NCBI GenBank assembly: GCA_024346625.1
Contig: AP024664.1
Coordinates: 3,534,001 to 3,598,000 of the forward strand
DNA: 64,000 bases
Source: Williopsis jadinii
Lineage: Eukaryota
Direction: 5' to 3'
Part shown: piece after piece, positions 23,093 through 31,638 of the stretch
Layout: the number at the start of each line of letters is the position of its first letter
Numbering within the stretch: the first letter of the stretch is position 1
Made by a program: the position numbers and the translations under genes
The notes under the pieces: generated by a model
What the model saw: only the letters and a program-made list of their open reading frames with translations
What the model was told of the DNA's origin: nothing
The model's database searches: none

Positions 23093-23414
23093 TGTTGGTG
23101 ATGCTGGTGATGTTGGTTCTTGGTGTTTCGCAGGGCCCTTTCCTGAAGCCCAACATGTTTTCTATTTCTATTATTATGCTCTCACAGATGTTGAGATGGA
23201 ATGTTTGATCTCTCAGAGTGCTCTTTCACGGTTTTTACGGTTATAAATTGGTGTTTCCTGTTATTCTCTTTCTTTCTTTCGTCGTGGATATATGTATTTG
23301 TAATTCTCCTAACTTATACTAGGAGTATGTATTCCAATCATGTGTACTTTCTTTAAATAGTTCGATATAATGTTCATACGCACTTTGAAACTGTATGTGA
23401 CCCTCCGTGGCTGA

Positions 23415-25388
23415 TCATTCAATCTCGAAATCATCATCATCTACTCGTTTGTTTCCAGAAGTCGTTCCTGGAAACTCCTCCAGTCCTTCATCTTCCGGAG
23501 ATCTGGTCGTTTGCATCTCCAAGTCTTCAACGTCAAGGGAATCCTGAACACTGTAATAGCGTGTGTTTGCACCACGACGTGTGAATAGGCCACCAAAGAA
23601 TCGTCTTGCCCTTTCAAGAGCACTTTGTCTCTTGGCCCTTCCCATCATCAGGTAGGCTATGATGAACAGAATCAACAAGATTAAAAGAGACCCCCACCAC
23701 CTATGCTCCACTAGGACATCATCCCAGTCATTCTCATCATGATCGTCATCATCCGTGTAATCATCGTTGAAACGCAAGTCAGATAGGCCAGCAATGTACT
23801 CTGCTCTAGAGGGAATACCAAGTTTCTCACCTCCATGTACAAACACCTTCGAAGATGGTTCATAGTATCCGATTGCAGCTCTTGAGTTGTTTGTAAAGGC
23901 ATAGCCGTCAGCAGCCTCCTGGAACGAATATAACACTGCACGTCCAAGTGTCCAGGAGAAGTTATCCAGAATGGCGAAATCGTCAGGCTTCAAGTTAACT
24001 GATTCTTCAGGCATCGGTTCATCAATGCCATATCTTGGGAACCCAACACCCTGGTGAAGCACGTTGATGATCCAGGAAGACTTGAAACATATTTCGGATG
24101 TCTGTCTAATCTCATCGTCATCGTCAATGTGGCCATTTTCACTCAAGAGCTCAGTATAAGATAGAGAGCAGTATCTCTCAGCACGTTCATAGCAATCTCT
24201 GTAGTTCAAAAACTCCTTCAAGTTGGAGTAGAACTCGTTAATCCCAATGAGCTTCTTGACGTTGAAGTCCATATCTGGGAAGTTATCAGATAACAGGCAC
24301 GATGCTGCGCTAGAAGCATCAGTCTGGTTGCAATATTTATCAGCAGATATCCCATCCAACACCGAATACACCGACTTGATGCACTCCTTGAAGTTGCTGG
24401 AACCCTTAACATCGACTCTGAGCCCATCACGGCCATCCACCGTCTTGATGAATCCGTCTGGCAGGCAAGGATCAACCAGATTGTTCTGCTGGATCAAGAA
24501 CTCGTCGTACTTGATATGCGCCTGGTTCATTCCACCAAGAAACGACTCACTAAACACCCTGTAGTTCAACTTCTCGGTATCATCAGGTGACGCATAGTTC
24601 AACTGTACTTTGAACAGGTAGCCGTCCTCTGCGCTGATGTTTGAAGGCTCAAATGCTATCTGAGAGGAAACGCCACCCATATCTAAGGCGCCATACGTCG
24701 ATGAGTCCTTGCTCTTCGTGTCAAACACTCCGTATTTGTAGTTTAGCCCAATCCAGGAGTACAGTCCTTCTGTTTCACCGCTGATGGTGTTGATATGAGT
24801 GGCACAGTCAGGCAGGTACAGATTACTGTGCTGTTGAACATACTCACAGATGGTTGTCAGTATCTTGGTCTGGTCCTCTGGCTTCAGCAGTCTCACTCCG
24901 CCGGTGGCGTGTAGGAACACCGGCGTTCTAGCTCGCTGATCCTTTGGAATGTACTTCTCCACGCCTGCTAGGAGCTTGCCGATGTACTTGCTACCAAGCT
25001 TCTTTGGATTGTCGACAAAGGTGGCGATTCCCGGCTTCACCTTCTTTCTATGGATGAACTCGACGCGTGGATAGTGCTTTGCTTTCCGCTTGCCTGGCGG
25101 CTTCTCTGACCATGACGAGGGCCTCTTTTTCTTGTTGTCCTTGCTCTTGTGCTTGCTCTTGTGCTTCTCGTGAGACTTCTCATCGTCGTCGTCGTCATCG
25201 TCGTCGTCATCACTGTCATCGTCATCATCATCACCGTGTCCACGCTTTGTACTGGAGCCTAGCGTCTCCATGAACAGCGACGACCTGTACAGATGAGCTC
25301 TTGAGCCCTTGGAGCCAGCATCTATGACAACGATGTAGTTATAAGGGTTCCCTTGCCTATCCACAGAGGGGCCTTCCTTTCCAGCCAT
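23415..25388 (-). CDS. YND1: Golgi apyrase (GDA1/CD39 NTPDase family)
   Basis: Apyrase regions VVIDAGSKGSR, ATGGVRLL, GETEGLYSW, DMGGVSSQ, SWTLG; single C-terminal TM helix as in Ynd1. Confidence 0.85.
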   Translation of the reverse strand: MAGKEGPSVDRQGNPYNYIVVIDAGSKGSRAHLYRSSLFMETLGSSTKRGHGDDDDDDSDDDDDDDDDDEKSHEKHKSKHKSKDNKKKRPSSWSEKPPGKRKAKHYPRVEFIHRKKVKPGIATFVDNPKKLGSKYIGKLLAGVEKYIPKDQRARTPVFLHATGGVRLLKPEDQTKILTTICEYVQQHSNLYLPDCATHINTISGETEGLYSWIGLNYKYGVFDTKSKDSSTYGALDMGGVSSQIAFEPSNISAEDGYLFKVQLNYASPDDTEKLNYRVFSESFLGGMNQAHIKYDEFLIQQNNLVDPCLPDGFIKTVDGRDGLRVDVKGSSNFKECIKSVYSVLDGISADKYCNQTDASSAASCLLSDNFPDMDFNVKKLIGINEFYSNLKEFLNYRDCYERAERYCSLSYTELLSENGHIDDDDEIRQTSEICFKSSWIINVLHQGVGFPRYGIDEPMPEESVNLKPDDFAILDNFSWTLGRAVLYSFQEAADGYAFTNNSRAAIGYYEPSSKVFVHGGEKLGIPSRAEYIAGLSDLRFNDDYTDDDDHDENDWDDVLVEHRWWGSLLILLILFIIAYLMMGRAKRQSALERARRFFGGLFTRRGANTRYYSVQDSLDVEDLEMQTTRSPEDEGLEEFPGTTSGNKRVDDDDFEIE

Positions 25389-25613
25389 TGATGATCTTCA
25401 ACTGTAATACAACCACAGGCTCCTTCTAGGCTCCTCAAGGCTTGTTCTGGTCGAGTGCTGGCCCCTAATTTGCTAGGCGATGTCGCCCAAGGCTCTCCCC
25501 AGGCTCGCCGTTACGCACACACTCTACACAGGGCTGCGCAGCCCAGCCTACGCACTTCACTACAAAGCAGCATTCCAAACAGAGAGGCCTCCCTGTGTAA
25601 TTTACTCGCTATA

Positions 25614-27803
25614 CTAATCCTTGGACGCTTCCGATTCAGCAGTCGCCTCTTTGGACTTGGACTGTGCTGTGTGCTGTGAGTCCTCCGTGGACTTTGGCTC
25701 ATCAACAGGTTTGAACTCGGTGTCGTACTTCTTGAGCAACGATGCCGTAGTGGTCTTCAGGTCCTCGTTGTTCTCGTAGAGGTCCCGGAGAATCTCGATA
25801 CACGCCTGCTTCACCGGTGGCCTGAAGAGAATCAGGAATTGGAGGCTCTGGAACCCCAGAGCCGACCGTTGAGGATCTATGCAGAGAGACTTGATCTGGC
25901 TGACCAAGTGTGCGTTCAGGAAGGGGAGATCTGATAGTAGACGGATGAAGATCTTTCGATCATTGGACTCCAAAAATGGAATGACAGAGTCCAGCACCTT
26001 CTCAGCCCACTTGAGATACGTTGGTGTCTCCACGAGGGCTCTGGAGGTGTCGTCGCTCGAGGAGTTTGTAGTGACTTCGGTGAACCATTCCTCGTTTAAC
26101 CATTCGATGGCCACGTCGATTCTTTCGTGAATGTTATCGACAAAGTACTGATAGATTGCCTCACGAATCAGGTCGCCCAGTTCGTGGTCCTCGGACGCTA
26201 TGCCTCGGGTAGCCAGCCTACTCAACAGCAGTAACCATGAGTTTTTGCCCCATTCGTTGATAGCAACGTCCGCAACCTTAACACTCGTGGCAACTTGTTC
26301 ATTCTGAACGTTGAAGGAGCTGATACTCTTATGGTTCGCAGGCAGTTTGGACAAGTCGAAGAAATTGTTGATAATGAGCTGCAAATGCCTCTTCTTCTGC
26401 TCTTCCGTGAAGGGCTTAGGCTCTGGAAGGACAAAAGTACTCTCCAAGTTGAAATCATCGTTGGCATTCAAGATCCTTTCATTGTCCAAGTCGTCATCCT
26501 TCAAGTCCTCATCTTTGACTTCTTGTTTCAACACTGAGCCACCAGCCTTTGTGATTAGATCGGTGTACCGTGCCGACACGATACTCAGCGCAGTGATCAG
26601 CTTATTCGTATCCACACTTGCAATTGTAGCAATGGCGATGTTGGCCAGTGTTTCTTGAGGGATTAAAGATGCATCAAAGTCCAACAATGGATTGGTCTCG
26701 TCGATCAGTTGATACAAGGACGTGTACGAGTTGTCCTCCACAGTGGTAGCGTCACGAGGAAAGGGGTTCTTTGGATCAACTTTGATCTTTCTACGTGCCT
26801 TCTCGCCTGGAAGCTCGGTAAGTATACCTTTCTTCCTCTGCTCGGCCATTCTGGCATCAATACTCGAAACCATTGTCTGAAACGTGCCATTTTGCGGTAG
26901 CTGAGGTGTGATTAGTCCTGCTTTCATGCAATAGTTGAGGGCGTTTTTAATTGCACGTTCAACAAATCTCTTCATCAGTTTAAACTTGATGAACTTATCC
27001 TTCGACTGCTGATACTTCGAATCCAGGTCCAACGATGCAATTGCTTGGAACACCTTCGGTATGAACTGCTTACGTCTTTGAATAATACAGACCATCGTCT
27101 CGATGATCGCAATGAGAACCTGGGGCACAAGGTACTCTTCTGCTTGTAGATAGCTGGTGATTGTATCCAGCAACTTCTGCGCCTCCACGTCTAGCGCAAG
27201 CTTGTTCAGCACAGTGTGATTCGGATGAACTTGGTTTATCGAGATCTCATTAGACGCACTCGTGGCTCTACGCCTTGGATCCGAGCTCTGTAGCGGCGCA
27301 CTCTGTACAACTATGACTTTGGAGATGAACTTCGTCGACGCCAACCTTGATCCAATGGACTTAAACTTATCCGTGTCGTCATTTGACGGCGTAAGTGGAT
27401 ACGTAGTATCCCAATCCTGTATAATCTTCGTCTTGAGGGCGGTCATATCGTTCCAGATGCTCTGGTTCGAGACCTTCGCCACCAAATCAAACGCCATGTC
27501 ATATACACACGTGGACGTTAGAACAACGTTCTTATACACATATACATCCTTAACGCTCGAGAGAGTCATCAGCACCGGTAATAGAGACGCAAGAGAGTTC
27601 TGCTTCGTACTCCATGGCACCAGCGTGAACTCAGAACTGAACGTATCGACGAAGAACTTGGAGCACCACTGCTGAACCTCCAGATGCGGTGTTGTAGATG
27701 CCATGCCACACACAGCCTGTATAACTTGAGGGAAAGTATCCGGCTGTGTCAAAAGCATGCTACGCACCTGGGAGAGCCCCTGTATAACCTCTTCCGCTGA
27801 CAT
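25614..27803 (-). CDS. PTA1: mRNA cleavage/polyadenylation factor subunit Pta1 (symplekin)
   Basis: YDMAFDLVAK, SIG.RLA..KFISKVI.VQ, KRFVERA.KN, WLNEEWF, DRKIFIRLLSDLP, LGFQSLQFLILFRPPV. Confidence 0.9.
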   Translation of the reverse strand: MSAEEVIQGLSQVRSMLLTQPDTFPQVIQAVCGMASTTPHLEVQQWCSKFFVDTFSSEFTLVPWSTKQNSLASLLPVLMTLSSVKDVYVYKNVVLTSTCVYDMAFDLVAKVSNQSIWNDMTALKTKIIQDWDTTYPLTPSNDDTDKFKSIGSRLASTKFISKVIVVQSAPLQSSDPRRRATSASNEISINQVHPNHTVLNKLALDVEAQKLLDTITSYLQAEEYLVPQVLIAIIETMVCIIQRRKQFIPKVFQAIASLDLDSKYQQSKDKFIKFKLMKRFVERAIKNALNYCMKAGLITPQLPQNGTFQTMVSSIDARMAEQRKKGILTELPGEKARRKIKVDPKNPFPRDATTVEDNSYTSLYQLIDETNPLLDFDASLIPQETLANIAIATIASVDTNKLITALSIVSARYTDLITKAGGSVLKQEVKDEDLKDDDLDNERILNANDDFNLESTFVLPEPKPFTEEQKKRHLQLIINNFFDLSKLPANHKSISSFNVQNEQVATSVKVADVAINEWGKNSWLLLLSRLATRGIASEDHELGDLIREAIYQYFVDNIHERIDVAIEWLNEEWFTEVTTNSSSDDTSRALVETPTYLKWAEKVLDSVIPFLESNDRKIFIRLLSDLPFLNAHLVSQIKSLCIDPQRSALGFQSLQFLILFRPPVKQACIEILRDLYENNEDLKTTTASLLKKYDTEFKPVDEPKSTEDSQHTAQSKSKEATAESEASKD

Positions 27804-28114
27804 TGAGAAGCTTGTGATCGATTATAGCCAAGTGTCTCACAACAAAATGTGTTGATGTCTCGTTGTTTTCTCTTGTGGTTTCGATGAGAATGAAGAGCCC
27901 GGTATTGTGTTTTCGGTTGTTGTTAGTGCGTGTGCTTTTTTTTAGCCGCTGTGAATGGGCCGTGCTGTTATTTACGCACCTTCTCCATTCCAGCGTAATT
28001 GTCAGAACAGATAATTAAGTTTGCCTTGTGCATAAAGGCTGCTGAGGGCGTATAACAAAGCTAACGTTTCTACTCGCACTAATTCTCTTCAAGTGTTGAT
28101 GTTATATACTTAAA

Positions 28115-29338
28115 CTAGCAGTCCCAAGAGTTCCACTGGAGCTCAAAGTTGACGGCACCTTCGCCTTGAGTGACTTCGACTTGTTCTGTACCGGTTGGGA
28201 CATTGGCGGCGCTGAATTGGGTGCCACCGTTGGCGACCAAGATCTGAGAATCGATATCGAATTCGAATTCGAATGGTGAGGAGACGTCGGATCCACAGTG
28301 TAGGGTCTTTGAATCAATGGTACACCATCCAGCTTTGCTCTTCAAGGTGTAGGAGCCTGTGGACAGCTGAGTCAACGTGTAAGTGGCACAGGTACCACTG
28401 ACGTACCACTTTCCATTTTTGATCAGACAACCGTTCTGTCCTGTAAGCTTGACATAGCCAGTGCTTGATGGTGAAGCCTCTGCTGTGGTGGCAGAGGTGC
28501 CGGTTGTTGTGGTGGCTCCAGTAACTGGTGTGACAGTGTTAGAGCTCTTTGGGACGTACTTGATGCCCGTGGATGAACAAGACTTTGAAGAGGTCAAGGT
28601 GTCAATTGCGACAAAATCCTCACCAAGGAGAGATCCTTGAAGGTGGTAGAAGTACCAGACCTCATCAATAGCGTTGTCACTGTTACAACCGATATATGGT
28701 TCAGCTCCAGACTTGGACTTCAAGGCACTGATAATCTCATCCTTTGTGTAAGTCTTGTCGTTGGTTGGAACAATACCAGCCTCTGCAAGCCAGTCGTAGG
28801 TTGGAAGCTTGCTGTAAAGATTCATGGCAATTCTAAAGTACTGGTACACGTTCTCGTTGTTCTCCCCCAAGTTACCACATGTTGGCTTCAAGGTGGAGTA
28901 GCAGGTACCATGCTTGTTGAATTCGTGTTCCCACAAGCTCTCGTCGTCACCTTGATAATCCTTCCAGTAGGTTTGCATCTCTGCCAAAAGTGCCGAATCG
29001 TGGGCCTGAATGATGGCTGAGACGTTGCTCACCTCCATGGATTTGTCACAGTACTGCTCATAGGTTCCATCACAGTTATCTGGCCACAATCCGTGGACAG
29101 TCCATTTGTCGCTTGGACCAGTAGCTGGGTTGTAGTCCCAGAACTGGGTTTGAAGAACTGTACCACCAGGGTATTCAAAACAACAGAGATCTTCAACAGT
29201 AGTGGTATTAGAGCAGGACAACGGCAAGCTCAATGGACAAGCAATTGAGCTGGACAATGCCATAGGAGCTGCTGCTGCAAGGGCAGTACCTGCAAGAACG
29301 GCAGTTGTCGCAAGAGTAGCAACTGGGAATGAAGGCAT
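28115..29338 (-). CDS. RNY1: Ribonuclease T2, copy A (classical signal peptide, Thr/Ser-rich linker; secreted type)
   Basis: CAS I WTVHGLWPDNC, CAS II WEHEFNKHGTC, fungal C-terminal domain GCLIKNGKWYVSGTCATY. Confidence 0.92.
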   Translation of the reverse strand: MPSFPVATLATTAVLAGTALAAAAPMALSSSIACPLSLPLSCSNTTTVEDLCCFEYPGGTVLQTQFWDYNPATGPSDKWTVHGLWPDNCDGTYEQYCDKSMEVSNVSAIIQAHDSALLAEMQTYWKDYQGDDESLWEHEFNKHGTCYSTLKPTCGNLGENNENVYQYFRIAMNLYSKLPTYDWLAEAGIVPTNDKTYTKDEIISALKSKSGAEPYIGCNSDNAIDEVWYFYHLQGSLLGEDFVAIDTLTSSKSCSSTGIKYVPKSSNTVTPVTGATTTTGTSATTAEASPSSTGYVKLTGQNGCLIKNGKWYVSGTCATYTLTQLSTGSYTLKSKAGWCTIDSKTLHCGSDVSSPFEFEFDIDSQILVANGGTQFSAANVPTGTEQVEVTQGEGAVNFELQWNSWDC

Positions 29339-29453
29339 AGTTGTAAGCTTAAGGAGCTTCGCTACATAGATGAGATGTTAGAAGAGGATATGGCACACCA
29401 TTTATATAATTAATTCTTATCGAGTGCTTTTGAGTGGAAGAGGTAAAGATCTT

Positions 29454-30101
29454 CACGTGGAGATCTGCACTCGGTATGCAACGTCGTTTATTCAGGGAGC
29501 AAACACGTTGCCAATGCTGTTTTCGAGGAACAGTCTTTGAATGCAGGGGGGAAGCGTATTGAGCAATGTTGTGCTATGATTTCAAACCCATTTATCGAGT
29601 AATCTACAATTTATATACCACTTTTTGACCCCTACGGTGTACTCTGAGTCTGTCTCGTTGAGAGATTACTGCGAGAGATTGGCCAATTGAGTATTTTCTT
29701 TACAGAGTAGCCCCTATATTCAACCAAACCAAGTACTAAAATAGTGCAGAATGTGCTTATTATATTTCATTGAAACGTGAGCAAGTTGATTGAACCCTCG
29801 AGTTTGTATGGTGGGTAGACGGTGTAATTCGAACATTTCCCCCCTATGGCCACGTTTCTATCAGTCGGTCGCTTCATGCAACTCTCTCTGATCCTCTTGC
29901 ATGAATTCGAGGAATAAGAAACTCACCAGATCTCAGTTCGAGTTCTCTAGGCTTGATAATTGGGACTCGAGGTGTCATTGCTATCACTGCACTGGATATT
30001 TGAGTAACACTCCAATCAAGGTATTTCCCTCTACAATGTCATTGCGTAATGTATTGCACAAACCTTTTGAATTTAGAACTTGATTGAAATAATGAAACGT
30101 G
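29454..30101. promoter_or_regulatory. Cluster of five Pho4-type E-boxes (CACGTG/CACGTT) upstream of RNase T2 copy A
   Basis: CACGTG 29454; CACGTT 29504 and 29851; AACGTG 29774 and 30096; TATA (TTATATAAA on the minus strand) at 29401-29409. Confidence 0.55.
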
Positions 30102-30210
30102 GGAACTCCCACGCAGGTGTTGTAAATCCTCCAAAATGGCTGCGACTTACATCTCTATGCATAAAAGTATCGTCGGAAAGTGGATAGGAGCCAGAAACAG
30201 TTACCCACCA

Positions 30211-31434
30211 TCACCATCTAGGCTTCCATCTCAGTTGGAATTCAACGTTCCCTGGTCCTTTGCTGATGTCCACCTGCTCAAACCTTGTTGGTACTTTATC
30301 TGCGCTAAAAGTATCCACTCCATTGGCACTCAAGACCTTTGATTCTTCGTCATAGTCGAACTCGAACGGTGACTTGACATCTGCACCACAATGGAACGTG
30401 TCGTCTTTTAAAGTGCACAAACCTGCGTTGTTCTTCAGAGTGTATGAGCCCGTGGTTAACTGTGTGAGTCTGTACGTGGCACACGTTCCACTGACATACC
30501 ATTTACCACTCTTGATGAGACACCCAGGCTGACCAGAGAGAACAAGGAATCCTGCATTCTTGTCGCCAGTAGGTTGTGGTTGTGGATATGTACGAGTAGG
30601 TGATAACGAAGTGGTGATTGACGAACCCTTTGGCATGTATCTGATGCCTGTTGCACCACATCTGGAATTAGTCAACGTATCAATAGGGGTGAAGTTTTCA
30701 CCCAATAGAGAGCCCTTCAAGTGATGGAAGTACCAGACTTCTTGGAACGCGTTTTTATAATCGCATCTGATATAAGGCTCCGCACCAGATCTCTCTTTCA
30801 GCACAGAGAGAATCTCCTCCTTGCTATAGGTCTTTGTTTCCGATGGCACAATACCAGCATCTGCAAGCCAATCATATGTTGGAAGTTGTCTGTAGAGGTT
30901 CATGGTGATGTTGAAGTAGTCAAAGACGTTCTTGTTCTTCTCTATGGAGCCACCGTAGCAGGTTGGCTTCAACGTTGTATAGCATGTACCGTGCTTGTTC
31001 CATTCATGCTTCCACAGATTTGCATCGTCACCACGGAAATCCTTCCATAAGCCGTACATCTCCTTCAAGAGTGCCGGGTCGTGTTCCTCGATAATAGAAG
31101 CAATATCGTGAACCTCTAACGACGGGTCGCAGAACTGTTCAAACGAGCCATCGCAGTTATCCGGCCACAGTCCATGCGCAGTCCACTTATCGTCTGGGCC
31201 AATCGCAGGGTTGTAGTCCCAGAACTGCGTTTGCAACACAACTCCACCAGGGTACTCAAAGCAACAGAGATCGCCGACAACAGTGTCATTCGAGCAACTC
31301 CATGGCGTGTCTATGGGACAAGATGGCACATTGCCCCTGGTGGCCACAGAGCTTGTAGCCAGCGCAGAAGTGAGCACGGCCAGTGGGTCTTGGAATAATG
31401 AGCGTAAATAGGTATTCGGAGAGAATGAAACCAT
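30211..31434 (-). CDS. RNY1: Ribonuclease T2, copy B (tandem paralog)
   Basis: WTAHGLWPDNC, WKHEWNKHGTC; same 407 aa length and domain layout as copy A, different N-terminus. Confidence 0.92.
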   Translation of the reverse strand: MVSFSPNTYLRSLFQDPLAVLTSALATSSVATRGNVPSCPIDTPWSCSNDTVVGDLCCFEYPGGVVLQTQFWDYNPAIGPDDKWTAHGLWPDNCDGSFEQFCDPSLEVHDIASIIEEHDPALLKEMYGLWKDFRGDDANLWKHEWNKHGTCYTTLKPTCYGGSIEKNKNVFDYFNITMNLYRQLPTYDWLADAGIVPSETKTYSKEEILSVLKERSGAEPYIRCDYKNAFQEVWYFHHLKGSLLGENFTPIDTLTNSRCGATGIRYMPKGSSITTSLSPTRTYPQPQPTGDKNAGFLVLSGQPGCLIKSGKWYVSGTCATYRLTQLTTGSYTLKNNAGLCTLKDDTFHCGADVKSPFEFDYDEESKVLSANGVDTFSADKVPTRFEQVDISKGPGNVEFQLRWKPRW

Positions 31435-31638
31435 CGTGATCTTCGTATACCTTTGGATTGTATCTTACTTGGAAGACGGCACAGGTGGTGAAGAGAGGAA
31501 GAACAACGTCTCTCCCTAATTTGTGCCTCTTCCCCTTCTCGAGACATGTTTTGTTGCCCGTACCTAATCTGCTGATAAGGGCTCTAACTGCTTATCTGTC
31601 GACGCGTAACCAGAGTAGCATACGTCATACCAGAACTG

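Noticed and set aside
29170..29200. Leu where Rny1 has Ser (DLCCFEYPGG), suggesting CTG-Ser recoding
   Set aside because: The codon is CTC in both paralogs, and CTG occurs at conserved Leu sites (e.g. VLVYGHYD in DUG1), so the code is standard.
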